A DNA stretch of 63,996 nt, filler included, from Basidioascus undulatus (Eukaryota), in NCBI GenBank assembly GCA_000826855.1. It is 4 parts of 4 records of this genome, joined end to end, with 100 filler letters (N's around TTAATTAATTAA, not from the genome) between each part and the next. Parts side by side here need not be neighbours in the genome. Positions count along the whole stretch, not along the records: positions 16,529 to 32,951 come from JTLS01000584.1; positions 33,052 to 49,470 come from JTLS01000585.1; 2 more parts are not named here. The stretch is one strand, 5' to 3'. Below the pieces are notes generated by a model, which was given only the letters and a program-made list of their open reading frames with translations, searched no databases and was not told the DNA's origin. The translations under genes and the position numbers were made by a program. Below, in pieces: positions 27,901-39,146 of this stretch (its first letter is position 1; each line of letters opens with the position of its first letter).

Positions 27901-28696
27901 TCCCTGCACAGCCGCTTCCCGCGGGTCTCCAATACCTCTCGGCTGTCGTGCGAGCTTCTCGAAATCCGTGGGTCGACCAACTGCTTGAATGAACTCCCTG
28001 TGACACTAATTCTCCTTATACAGCGAGCTCCCTCGACGGATCGACTGTGCCAGCCCACATGATCATCTTTTCCACCGTCCTGGATGAAGCGAACTCCGAG
28101 GCGGCGATGCCCGCAAATTCGTTTTCGACCTTGGTCTTTACGCCCTACGCCTCCTTCTCTACGGCACAAACTATGCTTATGGGTGGACGGGACAAGGTAA
28201 TAAAAACGATGCTATCCTTCTGGCTCTACGCCAGCTGACTGAACAACACCTCAGGATGAATTCGTTCGGGCTGTGCATATGGAGCTCGAGAGGTGCGTTC
28301 CGCTCGTCCCACTGTGACTGACCCACTCTAGTTATTGACGCATTTGCGAGTAGCATTTATCCTCCCTCGTTATCGAAGGAATACGAGGCCGCGACGTCCC
28401 TCGATGAGAAGAACACGCTTACCAGCCTCATTACCCGACGATCGACGAAGAGCTCGCGGGGAAGTGTCGACAACCTCAGCCCCGAAATCCTTCTACAGTC
28501 GCTTCCTTGCGTTACCGAACAGGACTGGGTCCCTTCACGGTCGGGAAGCGCATCGGGCGCGACAGGACGATTCGGCGCGTCGGCGATGCTCCCTCCCTCA
28601 TCGCTCGATCGGCCTCGGCCTTCCGCCTTCAACTGGACCGCAAGAGCTCTCGGCGAGATGGAGAAGGGCTCCGGCTTGTTACGTGTGGAGTATTGA
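24937..28696 (+). CDS. MHYT-domain integral membrane sensor with a long cytoplasmic C-terminal region
   Basis: Hydrophobic repeats with IWGMHFVG, LMHF and MHYLAQ; fungal-family segments ARQVVLASACFDKTG, GTLPMQTI, LATELNIPLSQLGVVY; many introns; stop TGA 28694-28696. Confidence 0.85.
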
Positions 28697-31188
28697 GGGT
28701 CTTGTTGTTTCATAGTGCATATCGCTTCTACCGCGGGTCTTTTCCATGCCTACATCCGCGCTTGTGTGCCGTTTGCAACTCAGAACAGCGCGGCACCTTA
28801 TGATGCACAGCAGAGGCCATACAGGTCACCATTCAAACACAACGCTGTAGAACGGTGACATTGGCTAGACGGCATCGCATTCAAGGTGTCAATCTCGACA
28901 CAGCTAAGCAGACGATTTGCAGTCACGTCAAACCCAGTACTTTCATTCTGGAAGATCTGCATGCATCGTTTCAGCATTCCCGGACGATGGCTCTCACTTA
29001 CAAGTCTTCACAATAACCATCGAGACATTCAACTTGGGCTAAAAGATTCGACGTAATGCTGTCCAACAAGAGCTCAAAAGATCTTCAGAACAGCCGCCGC
29101 CGTAATGCAAGCAAGTTTCATCACGCTCACCTTCCCAGCGAGAATACACGCTTCCCAGCCGGGGCATCCCGACGTCCTGGATCAGGGCAATTTATACTTC
29201 AGGGCATTTTCTGAGGATCTAGAGACGGGAGGCTCACCAACGACAACCATGTCGGCCTTGTTCGCGGCCACGGGTTGCCCTGGACAATGTGCGTGGTCTG
29301 TTTTATTTATGAGTCTTCCGCAGCGTGGAAAGAGGAACTCATTCTTCAGACTTACAACTTTGTAGACTTCGTTTCCCAGTCCAGCCGCCTTTCCATCGCA
29401 GCGAGCGTGTCCTGTCGGATCTTGCGGAGCAGTGTGAGACTATGCTCCGCCTCGTAACTGGCCAGATACGTGACCCACGACGAGCCGTCGAGGTAGACCG
29501 AGTTTGGAATTATCGTGGCCAGAACAACTCTAGAAAATACCCGTGAGCTGAGAAATTCTGAACGGCTTCAGGATATGCTGAACGTAGCTGGAAAGGCATG
29601 ACATCGGGGATGTGTCAGAAAAATTGGAGCTTTTGGTATGCCCACAAGTAAACATACAATTCGAAAGCCCGCTGGGCATCACCCTGTACAAGACCACAAC
29701 ATCCGTCACGAGGAGGACAAACCGCTCGGGTGCGGGAGGCAACGCACCGACCTGTCGTACGCAATCATGACCACTCTTTCAGCCTGTTCGCAATCTGAAT
29801 GTCCCAAATCCCCTTCAGATCCCGTGTTCTAGTCCCTTCTACTTTCTCAACTGCCATCCGAGTCGCGCAACAAACACGCCGAACACTCACCGGCTCGCCC
29901 GCGGTCGACTTTGCCGTGATCGTCGACGTGATGCCGTGGCGGTCAGTCTCAGTGGTGGGCATATTCTGTTAAGGTATTGGGTTATGAAAGGGTTGCGTCT
30001 TTTATATGCGCAGGGCCTTGCGATGTGCGCAAGCAGGCAGGGCGGAAGCTTTTTGCCTGGATCGACCATCGTCTCCACCCTCCCGACCCCTTCCCCCAAC
30101 GAGACCCGCTTTATTTCTTAGATAGCTTGGCAAGAACTCAAAATGCCCACGGAAATGCATGTAGATCGTCGGGCCATGAGCAGCTCTGCAATGATAGGCA
30201 CCTAGCTTGTCAGTCAGCGAGCGACTCAGCATCGATCGGCATGTGCAGTGCAACGAGAAACAGGATGCAACAATTCTTGAATAGCTCAAGGTAAATATTT
30301 ACATATTGAATATCAGATTAGAAAATCATAAGAATGTTCCAGAAGAAGTGCACTGCTAATTGTAGTCGGTTGCCGACTGGACTTCGGCAAGCAACGACGT
30401 TCTTTCTCCTTCTTCACCATCGACTCTGGGCTAGCTATCAGCGTCGGTTCCTGCTTACGCGTTCGCGACTCACGAGATTGTTCATGAATCTGCATCAGAG
30501 CCATCCCGATGCTTTTCCAAGAGCCATGCAAGCACGAACTTGAGCCAGTTTCCGCTCGTCACAAACGCAAGGCCAGCTCGTCACAAACGCAAGTTCGGCC
30601 GAGCAAACACACGACGAGTCACTGCTCTCACGGGGTATCATCACGACACGTAGAGTGCGAAACGAATGACAAGCCACATCACTACACATCCGGTGCGGTC
30701 CAGCCGCACCACCCTCCCATCAACCCCCGCGTAAAGGTCCTCGATCCGAATCCGATCCGCTTCGCTTCGACGCGCTCTTGCTCGTACGTCTCCGACGGGT
30801 CTGTTCACAGCCTTGCTTTCGGGAGGTCGTCAAACACGAGGCGGCCTTCACGGAGCGGTGCGAGTGAGGGGTGAGGGGCAAGACAGCGATCAGCGACAGG
30901 CTCTTGAGGGACGAGATGGGGAGTGCGGTGTGGGTGCGGGTGCGAGTGCTTATGGCAGGCGATTCGAGGAGTGGTGCGAGGTGCGTGGAAAGCATGCAAT
31001 GGGGTGGGTGAAGTAGAAGAATGTTCAGGGCATATAAAAAGACAGGGGAGAATGAAAAGTAACACAAGATGAGAACAAGAAGGAGAACAGGAAGAAAAAT
31101 GCCAGCCAGAAGCGCCCCTACACCTCGTCATGTCTCATCGTCGTCTTCGTATCGCACAACCCATAGCCCGACCTCCCGGACAGCTCAT

Positions 31189-32951
31189 CTACATCTTCGA
31201 CGCACTCAGATCCGTAACGGGCCAAGACTGGCGGGCGAGGCAGCGCAAGTCAGCGGAGGGTGGTCGGAGGCGGGCATGGAGGCGGGGTGAAAGGAAGATG
31301 GGATGGAGAGTGGAGGAGGAGGAGGAAGACAGAGCCGAGGTGAGGGGTGGAGGGGTCACGCACGTAGTTGCTCGGCGTGCGCTTGAAGTCGTAGCGCTGG
31401 ATAAAGTCCTCGAGCTCCTTCGGACCCCGCGAACCGTACGGGTATGGCTTGGGCTGGGGCCTCTCGCCTGTGGGTTGGGCGGGGTCAGCCATGAAGACGG
31501 AGGGGGGAACGAGTGTGGAGGGAGATGGAAGCGCACCGTCCTTGCCGTCGGTCCAGTGCAGAATGGGGGTGAAGATCTAGCAGAGGCGAGGGGCACAGTG
31601 AGCATGCTGACGTATCGAAAGCGAAGGGGGGAACGCGGAGAGGGCAAGGAAGAGAACGGAAGACGGTACCTTCCACGCGATGTCGAGCTCGTCGTCGCGG
31701 ACGAAGTTGCTGTGGTCGCCGTTGAGGGCGTCGAGGAGCAAGCTTTCGTACGCCTCGGGGATCTTGGACTCGGCGAAGCGCTTCTTGTACGTGAGGTCGA
31801 GCTCGGTCGGGATCGCGCGCGTCTGCAGCCCGGGCGTCTTGGTGTTCGTCTTGAGGTAGATGGCCTCGGACGGCTGGATGCGGATGACGAGCTCGTTGCG
31901 CGCGATGTCGTGGAAGATGCCCGACGTCACGTCCTTGTACTGGATCCGGATTTCGACCTTGCCCTCGTTAAGCGCTGGGGGCATCGAGCATATATGTCAG
32001 CAAGTGCATTTTCGAATTTGGTGGGCAGGGAGAGAGGACGAGGGAAAGACGGACCCTTGCCGGCCTTGAGGACGAAGGGTACGCCCTCCCAGCGCGGGTT
32101 CTTGATCTCGAGCTTGACGGCGGCGAAGGTCGGACAGCGCGAGTCCTTGGGGACCGAGTCGTCGTCGAGGTAGCCCGGCTTGTCGCCGTTCGCGACGTAC
32201 TGCCCGAGCAGCGTGTCCTCCTTCTTGATCGGCTCGATGCAGCGGAGGACCTTGACCTGGAGGGGCGGTGGGGCGGGAGTGAGTACGAGGGTCGGCTACA
32301 GAAAGATGATGAAGAGCGGAGAGGGGTAGAGGGAAGAGAGGGAAGAGAGGAGGGAAGGGAGAGAGGAGAGGGGCAGTCAAAGAAGAGGAGACGAACCTTC
32401 TCGTCGCGGATGTCCTCAGCGGAGAAGGAGACGGGTCGCTCCATGGCGAGGATGGAGAGGACCTGGAGGAGGTCTGTAGGCGGCAAAGGCATCTTAGTCA
32501 GCTTGCAGGGACAAACCAAGCAAGTGAATGAGAGGAGTGGATGGGAGAACTCCGCGCACGGTTCTGCAGAATGTCGCGAATGATTCCAAACTCGTCAAAG
32601 TACCCGCCACGACCCTCGGTCCCGAATGGCTCCTTGAACGTGATCTGGACGTTGGAGATGGAGTTCTTGTCGAAGCCGCCGTCGAAGAAGACGTTGGCGA
32701 AGCGGAGGACAAGGAGGTTCTTGACCATCTCCTTGCCGAGGTAGTGGTCGATCCGGAACGTCTCGTCCTCGGCCCACTCGGCCTTGAGCGCGCCCATCAG
32801 CTCCCGGGAGGACTCGAGGTCCTTCCCGAACGGCTTCTCGATGATGATCCGGTTCACGCCGGACTCGGAGTACGCGTTCTTGCGAAGGCCGGCCGCGACG
32901 GGGATGAAGACGGAGGGGGGGAGGGCCATCTGCGCGGGGCAGGAAGGAAGG
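31189..32951 (-). CDS. ZWF1: Glucose-6-phosphate 1-dehydrogenase (5' end cut by contig end)
   Basis: MALPP, IIIEKPFGKD, RIDHYLGKEMVKN, GTEGRGGYFDEFGIIRD, NELVIRIQP, YPYGSRGP; ends YSWPVTDLSASKM*. Confidence 0.97.
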
Positions 32952-33051
32952 NNNNNNNNNNNNNNNNNNNNNNNNNNNNNNNNNNNNNNNNNNNNTTAAT
33001 TAATTAANNNNNNNNNNNNNNNNNNNNNNNNNNNNNNNNNNNNNNNNNNNN
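32952..33051. other. Artificial contig linker
   Basis: Same 100-nt N/TTAATTAATTAA/N spacer. Confidence 0.98.
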
Positions 33052-34966
33052 TGGCCCCTTTCCGCCCCCCCCTCCCCCCCCCCCTTACAGTCAGGTAGAC
33101 CTATGGCGAAGTTGTACCGGTACTAAGTTCGCTAAATGCGCCCGCCTGCAGCACTGCCACCTACTCGGACTTGATCGACTCAAGGCAGAAAGCATGCAAC
33201 CCGCAGCCGTCGGTATAATCAACCGTGAAGTAGGTAATCTCATGAACGAGTTCCTGGACGTTCAACTGAAGTCTCTGGCAGGTGGGGCGCAGAATCGTCT
33301 GGGAGGTTGTGACGATGGATATTCTGCTCGGTGGGTTCGAAGTGGCCACGCACGGGCCGTTTGACTGGTCCTCACTCATACCGGTCCTCGTTCTGACCGT
33401 CATGGAAAATCAGCTCCCATGCATGGGCACTTCTACTTGCTCAACGCGCGGCACCTGGTCGCGGCTTTCCCCGCACGCGTCAACGACGCGGATCTCGTCG
33501 AAGGTCAGAGCATCGAGGAAAGGAGCCGGGACGAGCCTTCGGTGAGAGATTTCTACTTTGTAAAAAAAAAAAATCGTAACCACGTAACCTGACCTTGCCG
33601 TGATGGAACAGGACATGAGCCTGAGCCGGTATGAACTTGTGAGCTGCGTAGCGACTGGGCTCCTCCGCTGACGCTGCTATTTAGCTTGAAATACACTCTG
33701 ATCGAAACCTTGCGACGCTATGTGGATTCGGTCCCGCCGGGTGAGGCGCCGACGCACGAGCAGGTGCATCGCACCGTTTCTGAGCTCCGCGAACTGCTGC
33801 GCTCTGCACCGGCTTTCATGACGGACATACAGGCTGCCCAGGCTGCTGGCGATAAGCGATGGCTTGTGAGTACACCTCTTAACTCGAGAGCTCGCGAGAC
33901 GTCTGGTTGACCGATAAATGCAGGCGGGCTCGGTGATGTGGAAGATTGGCTTGCATGCTCATGTATGGCATCGCACGGACGCAGGCCGAATCTTTGCTGA
34001 CAATTCTCTCCTTGTAGATTCTAAAAATCAGCCGAACTGTTCGTTTTAGTATATCTCAGGGCGTTGCGATGAAGAGTTGCTGACTCTAACAGCAATAGTA
34101 CCTCCTGCACGGCTACGAGAACGACGTCTTCGCGGAGACGACCAACATATGCGTTAATGCCGCATGCATCATGCTCAACACGCTCGAGACGTACGCAGCT
34201 TTCGTATTTCCCGGCATGTTCTGGTGAGCACCGCGAGTAACCGACGTAGCTTTCAAAACACTGCTCATGCGTTCAAGTCAGAGGGGTATCAACGTCCTGT
34301 TGTATTCGGCAGCGGTGAATCCATACCCTTTTGCTTGCAGCTCTTGCGCAGTGGAACATGTACTCAATTCAAAGTTTCAGACCGTCCTCTGCATTGATCT
34401 GCTTCACGGCCAATCATCTCCCGCTGACGCTCAGGCCAAACGCGCGGCCGTCGAATTTGCTATCTCCATTCTCGGGTAAGTATGCTCAGCTTCCATGTTA
34501 TTTTCACCTCACTGAAACGTTCTGTAGTACGAGGGACACCTGGCACGACTTCCCTCCCCGGGCCATCGCAATCCTTCACTTGCTACTAGCGGAGATTGAC
34601 CAGCGCCTGGATCTCTCCACCGGTCTCCTTCGATATGGGCAACCCTACTCGGACCTCGCTGGACGCGCTTCGGACTCCGCATCGGCAGTCCCAGCGGAGT
34701 GGGACTACACGGTCGGCGTTGTGCGGCGTCTAGCGCATGCGGCAAGTCGGCGCAGCCGGCATGTCCAGGTGGACGCCCTGCCTACGATGATGACGTCTAA
34801 CGCACTTCCCGCCTTTGCTGCACCTGCACACTCGAACACAACCACAGAGTCGCCGGTCGACTTGGCCTGGTTGTTTTCGCTCGACGTCGAGGGCCTGCCG
34901 AGCGAGGAGGCAATTCTTGCGGCGCTGGGTGCGAGCGGAATGTCGAGCTTGGCTACTTTGGGTTGA
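33052..34966 (+). CDS. Fungal-specific transcription factor, middle-homology and C-terminal part (5' truncated)
   Basis: GRRIVWEVVTMD, ICVNAACIML, VLCIDLLH...RAAVEFAISIL...RAIAILHLLLAE and an acidic-hydrophobic tail resemble Zn2Cys6-type regulators. The DNA-binding domain is not in the contig. Confidence 0.65.
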
Positions 34967-36055
34967 ATCTCATGAGTGCATAGCGACGCGGAAAACCTCT
35001 ATGTACGATTTTAACAGTGTGACAAAAGTCCAGGTCGCTTTCAAGTCAGACAACCGCAGCCGTGAACTTGCAAGAACACCATGAATAGTAGCGAATGTTT
35101 AAAACCCATGGAATAGGCAACAATGACGCTCCTGAAGCATCAGGATGGGATGTGGGAAAATCCAATTTTGGTTAACACAGCAGCTTCTCCACTAAGAGTT
35201 CCAGTAGATATGCCGTACATGGACAAGTGTCAATGTAGAGCGCCCGTCTTTCGCGTTCTTCCTTTCAAGGAAAGACTAATTGCTGGAGTGACTACCAGGA
35301 CTGCACGACAAAGCCCTTATGATCAATGGGAAAGGCCACGGTTCCAACCAGTGTCAAGTTAGATAGGTATGAATCGAAAGGCTTGAAGGGTTTCAGAGGC
35401 TGGAACGCTTTCACAATGCGTAGGTGCTGCACGGAAACTTGCAACTTCCGAAGAACGCTCCTGCAACCCATGAATAGAAGCTGCAGAGTCCGCCCTTAAT
35501 GGAAAGGCCTCGACAGAGCGTTGTCGCTGCGCAGAGGCGAAAGGGGTGAGATGAAACGCACATTGCGCTTGCAGCCTGCGATGGCAAGGAGCCTGATCAG
35601 GACTCAAGGGAGGAGCATGACCAGGTCGAAAGGCCTCGCAAGTAATAGCACTAAATTAAGAATGAGCATCACTACTAAGGGAGAGGTTACTGATCGCAGA
35701 CCTGTGCTCGAGGCTTTTCGTTCGTTGATACGAAAGGGACGACCTTCGCCGCCACTCTCCGCTGCATTGACCAGCACATCCATTTACCTACCTCGAGGAC
35801 TTCGGATCTCCTCTACATCCAGCACCGCAAACACATCGTGAGAGCCCTCCTCGCCTACCGCCCGGGACGCATGGTGCTGACTTTTGGTTTTCACCACTTC
35901 CAGCTGTTGCGGCCGGCCCTCTTTCCTCGTTTTTTCGTTCATCTCCGGACTATAACAGTGAGTGAACTGAACCTCCCAATCAGCTAACTTCGGCCGGCCA
36001 TCCCTCTCTTGTGTCCATTGACGTCGGACCTGAACCGCACCAGGTCCTCATCGCA

Positions 36056-36961
36056 ATGCCCTCCTTCAAGACCCTCCTCACCACCGGGCTCCTCGTAGCC
36101 GCATTTGCCAGCCATGAATCCTCCCAAGCCCTGATTGCTACCTCCTCATCGCTCGCCGTTTCTGCTGTCCATGGAGACGTCACCCGTGCAGGGAGGTGCG
36201 ACACGCAGGCCGCGCTCGCCAACCCGGCGGCGGCGGACGCCAGTTGAGCTTTCACGCTTTTCGCCAAGAATTTCAATGCGGGGAGGGACGGCTCGACGTG
36301 CGTTTCCGGGAACCTGCCCTTCACTGATTTCTTACCTCACTGACAAAAGGCCTGCTCTCGAAAGTGCCATACGGGCTGCCACCCTCGACGCGAAGGGGCG
36401 GGTCGGTCTTTCGCAGACGGGGCTGTCGAGGTCGTGAAGAACGGCGTCGCTGCTCCTAGGGCCAGGAGCCAGACAGATACCCGTCCGTACGTCCTTTCAT
36501 TTTCCCCCTATTTTCTGGCTCCCAAAGCTCACGCACCCAACGCGGCTGCTGTCTGTCCACCAACACATTTCAGCTTCGGTTCCCGGCCGGAGCTTCGTGT
36601 GCCGGCGGGACTTGCTTCGTCGGGCTCGCGACTACAGGAGGATTCGGGTACGTTTTTATCTCATACTGGGCTCAATACTCTCCAGATACCAAAACTGAGC
36701 AGGGACTACTATTTTGACAGGAACTGCGTTGTCGTGCAACAAGGTCCGTTGCTGTTCCTCATACTCTCAGACCTCCCACTGAACCAGCCTCCCATTCGGT
36801 CCCCTCTCTCCTTAACAGCAGATGTTGGAGCTTCAGGCACCAGCCCAGGCTCAACCGATCAGACAGACGCGGGCGCCAGCACTGGCGCTTCTAACAGCTC
36901 TGCCAGGACTGGACTCGACGAAGGGTCGAGGGCAGGACGCGAGGAGCATCCGCCTATTTAA
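36056..36961 (+). pseudogene. Egh16/GAS1-like (DUF3129) secreted protein, disrupted
   Basis: Signal peptide MPSFKTLLTTGLLVAAFA, NFNAGRDGS, KNGVAAP, CAGGTCFVGLATTGGFGNCVVVQQ; in-frame TGA 36245-36247 and a 1-nt frameshift at the G-run 36395-36398. Confidence 0.65.
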
Positions 36962-38220
36962 GAAGCGCATGGAGGGGCTGTACTGAGTGCAGGGAGTCTT
37001 CAGGGCCGTGTGGTTGATCGGAGGGATAGGCGCAGGACGTCGAAGTTCCCGAAGAGTCGGTCAGGGTTACGCAGTGGCGCTGGGCGCTCGTGTGTGATCG
37101 CTGTTTCCGGTTCCTCTGTTGTGGGACTGCACAAACATTCCTTCAGAAATGATTGACATGTTGAGAGATTGGTTCGTTCAACAAGGCCGAGTTCAGCAAC
37201 GCCAGCAGAGGATCGTTGTCCGGCGGGTGCTGAATGTGAAAATCTCGTAGCACGTGCGGTCGCGCGGTCCAAGAGTCTGAATGTACGGCAAATTCAGTAT
37301 GGCAAGAGCTGTAGGGTGTCTAGAAGATGCTTCGGCCTTTGAGTTCGCGTCGAGGGACCCTCGTACCGCACTGCAGCTGACACGCGTAGCGAACACCCAC
37401 TGCGCTCGTCTTCGCCCCACTTTTGATGCTTAACTAAGGGAGAAAATATGCATGGAAGAAGGAGTTCATCATATAAGCATGTGAAGCTGGGAAGAGAGGA
37501 CGCCACGATGATCTTCCCCATACCTGGAGACGTCCGAGCCTGCAGCGTGTTTCGGACAAGGTCACCGTGACGGCTACCGAATACTTTCACCTTCTAGTCA
37601 AGCGCCAATTAACAGTCCTTCTGTCTGACAATCCTTCCGGTGCCGTTGTTATACCCCTTAAAGCTCAAATGGGACCATCATTGCCCAACAGCCTGCGGTG
37701 AGAGAAGTTAGTCGTCTCACAGTTCCGGCTCCCACAACTGCGCTGCTGCATGGCCATGAGTTATGAAATGCTGAAATGCTGTTCCACATCCCAGAGGTAC
37801 TCCTAGTCCTATAAGTCTATGACGGAGCGGACCAGCCTCCCAAGTGCCATACAGGCAGGGACGCCATTAGGTCCGGCATCTTGGCCACCGCGGGGAAAGA
37901 CGTTGCACGGCCCGCCTTTGTCGTTCTGAGGAGTGTTGGAAACGGAGTGAACAGAACGTATCCGTGACGGCATGCCCAATTTTTCCAGAAGCATTGGCTC
38001 AGGAATACCCCTGCGGACTTCAGGCATCCCTTCCTTTGCGCGTTGTGCGTGCATCCGTCCAGCGGGTGAAGTTGTCAGTGTCCAACCTTCGCGGCCTGCC
38101 GCAGTGGCGATACTCAAGTCCATGCTTGCGTTCCCAACCCAGTTGTAGCTTTAAATCACGTCTTCCCTTTGACTCGTACCACCATCTCGTACTTCTTGTT
38201 TCCAGCTCGAAAACATCATC

Positions 38221-38978
38221 ATGCAGGACCCGCTAATCCGCGAGGAGGTCAACGCGCTACTCCAGAAGCTGCGGTGAAACTCGTGCTTTTCGACTTGCTC
38301 TGCAGGCTTACTGAAATCGTGGGAATGGATAGGTGGACTGACGAAAAGGCAAGCTCTCTGACCTGGTCGAATAGTCGTAGCCCCCATAGACTGACCTCCG
38401 CTCGTCTGCTGACTTGGCAGCTGAACGACGCGTGGCTCGACGGGGGTCCAGGTCCGTAGTCGTTTCCTCGCTGCGAAGTGTCCAACCCCCCAATTAAATC
38501 ACATGTGTTCATATAGAGGGCGTGCAGACCTGGCTGGCGGAATTGTGAGTTGCTCCACCACATGCTACCCAATCTTCTACCTCAACCACCTGACACAGCC
38601 ACCTAAATGCAGTTCGGAGCTGGTGGACGAGACGATCGAGCACTATGACAACGTAATGCCCCTCCCTCCCTACCCTGGGCAAAATGGAATCCTGATGGGC
38701 GTCCTGCGAAGGGCAATCTGAGTGAGGAGGACGTGGAGCTCGCGTTTGGGGCGGCAATTGCATGTGTGGAACGTGAGTAACTGTCTGATGTTGGACGCTG
38801 TGGGTATCGTTGAGCTGACCGAGTCGGTGGGGACAATAGGGAATATCCTCGTCGACGACATCGCGGTCGAGGTGATGCGCCTGAAGGCGGGACTCCATGT
38901 AAGTGGCCACTCGAAGGACCTAGGACGGATGTTCGAGGCACAGGCTGATGCAGTGCCGTGAAGATCGTGGACGAGTAA
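38221..38978 (+). CDS. Small acidic helical protein (~115 aa), multi-exon; resembles the HD1 mating-type N-terminal domain
   Basis: Consecutive short exons with branch sites splice in frame; one GC donor (38349) and one defective acceptor (TGG 38801-38803). Confidence 0.5.
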
Positions 38979-39146
38979 GCCTCGGAAATGGGGGGGGGTT
39001 GCACCATAGCAGCACAACATGCCATGCAGTCTTGCTCGTATCCCACATGCATGGTTGTTACAAGGTTCGTTTCAATGTCACCCCGGTACTTTGCTCGTCA
39101 CCTCCCTCTGTCCATCCACCTTTCGCTCCCCCCCCAGTGATATTTC

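Noticed and set aside
29100..29546. Possible small spliced gene
   Set aside because: Splice-like sites exist but I could not assemble a consistent open frame or recognise a product.
31130..32173. 347-aa plus-strand ORF
   Set aside because: Antisense shadow of G6PD exons and purine-rich introns.
16529..32951. Peroxisomal or metabolic gene cluster (acyl-CoA oxidase, G6PD-SKM)
   Set aside because: The genes are ~12 kb apart with unrelated genes between them; no evidence of clustering.
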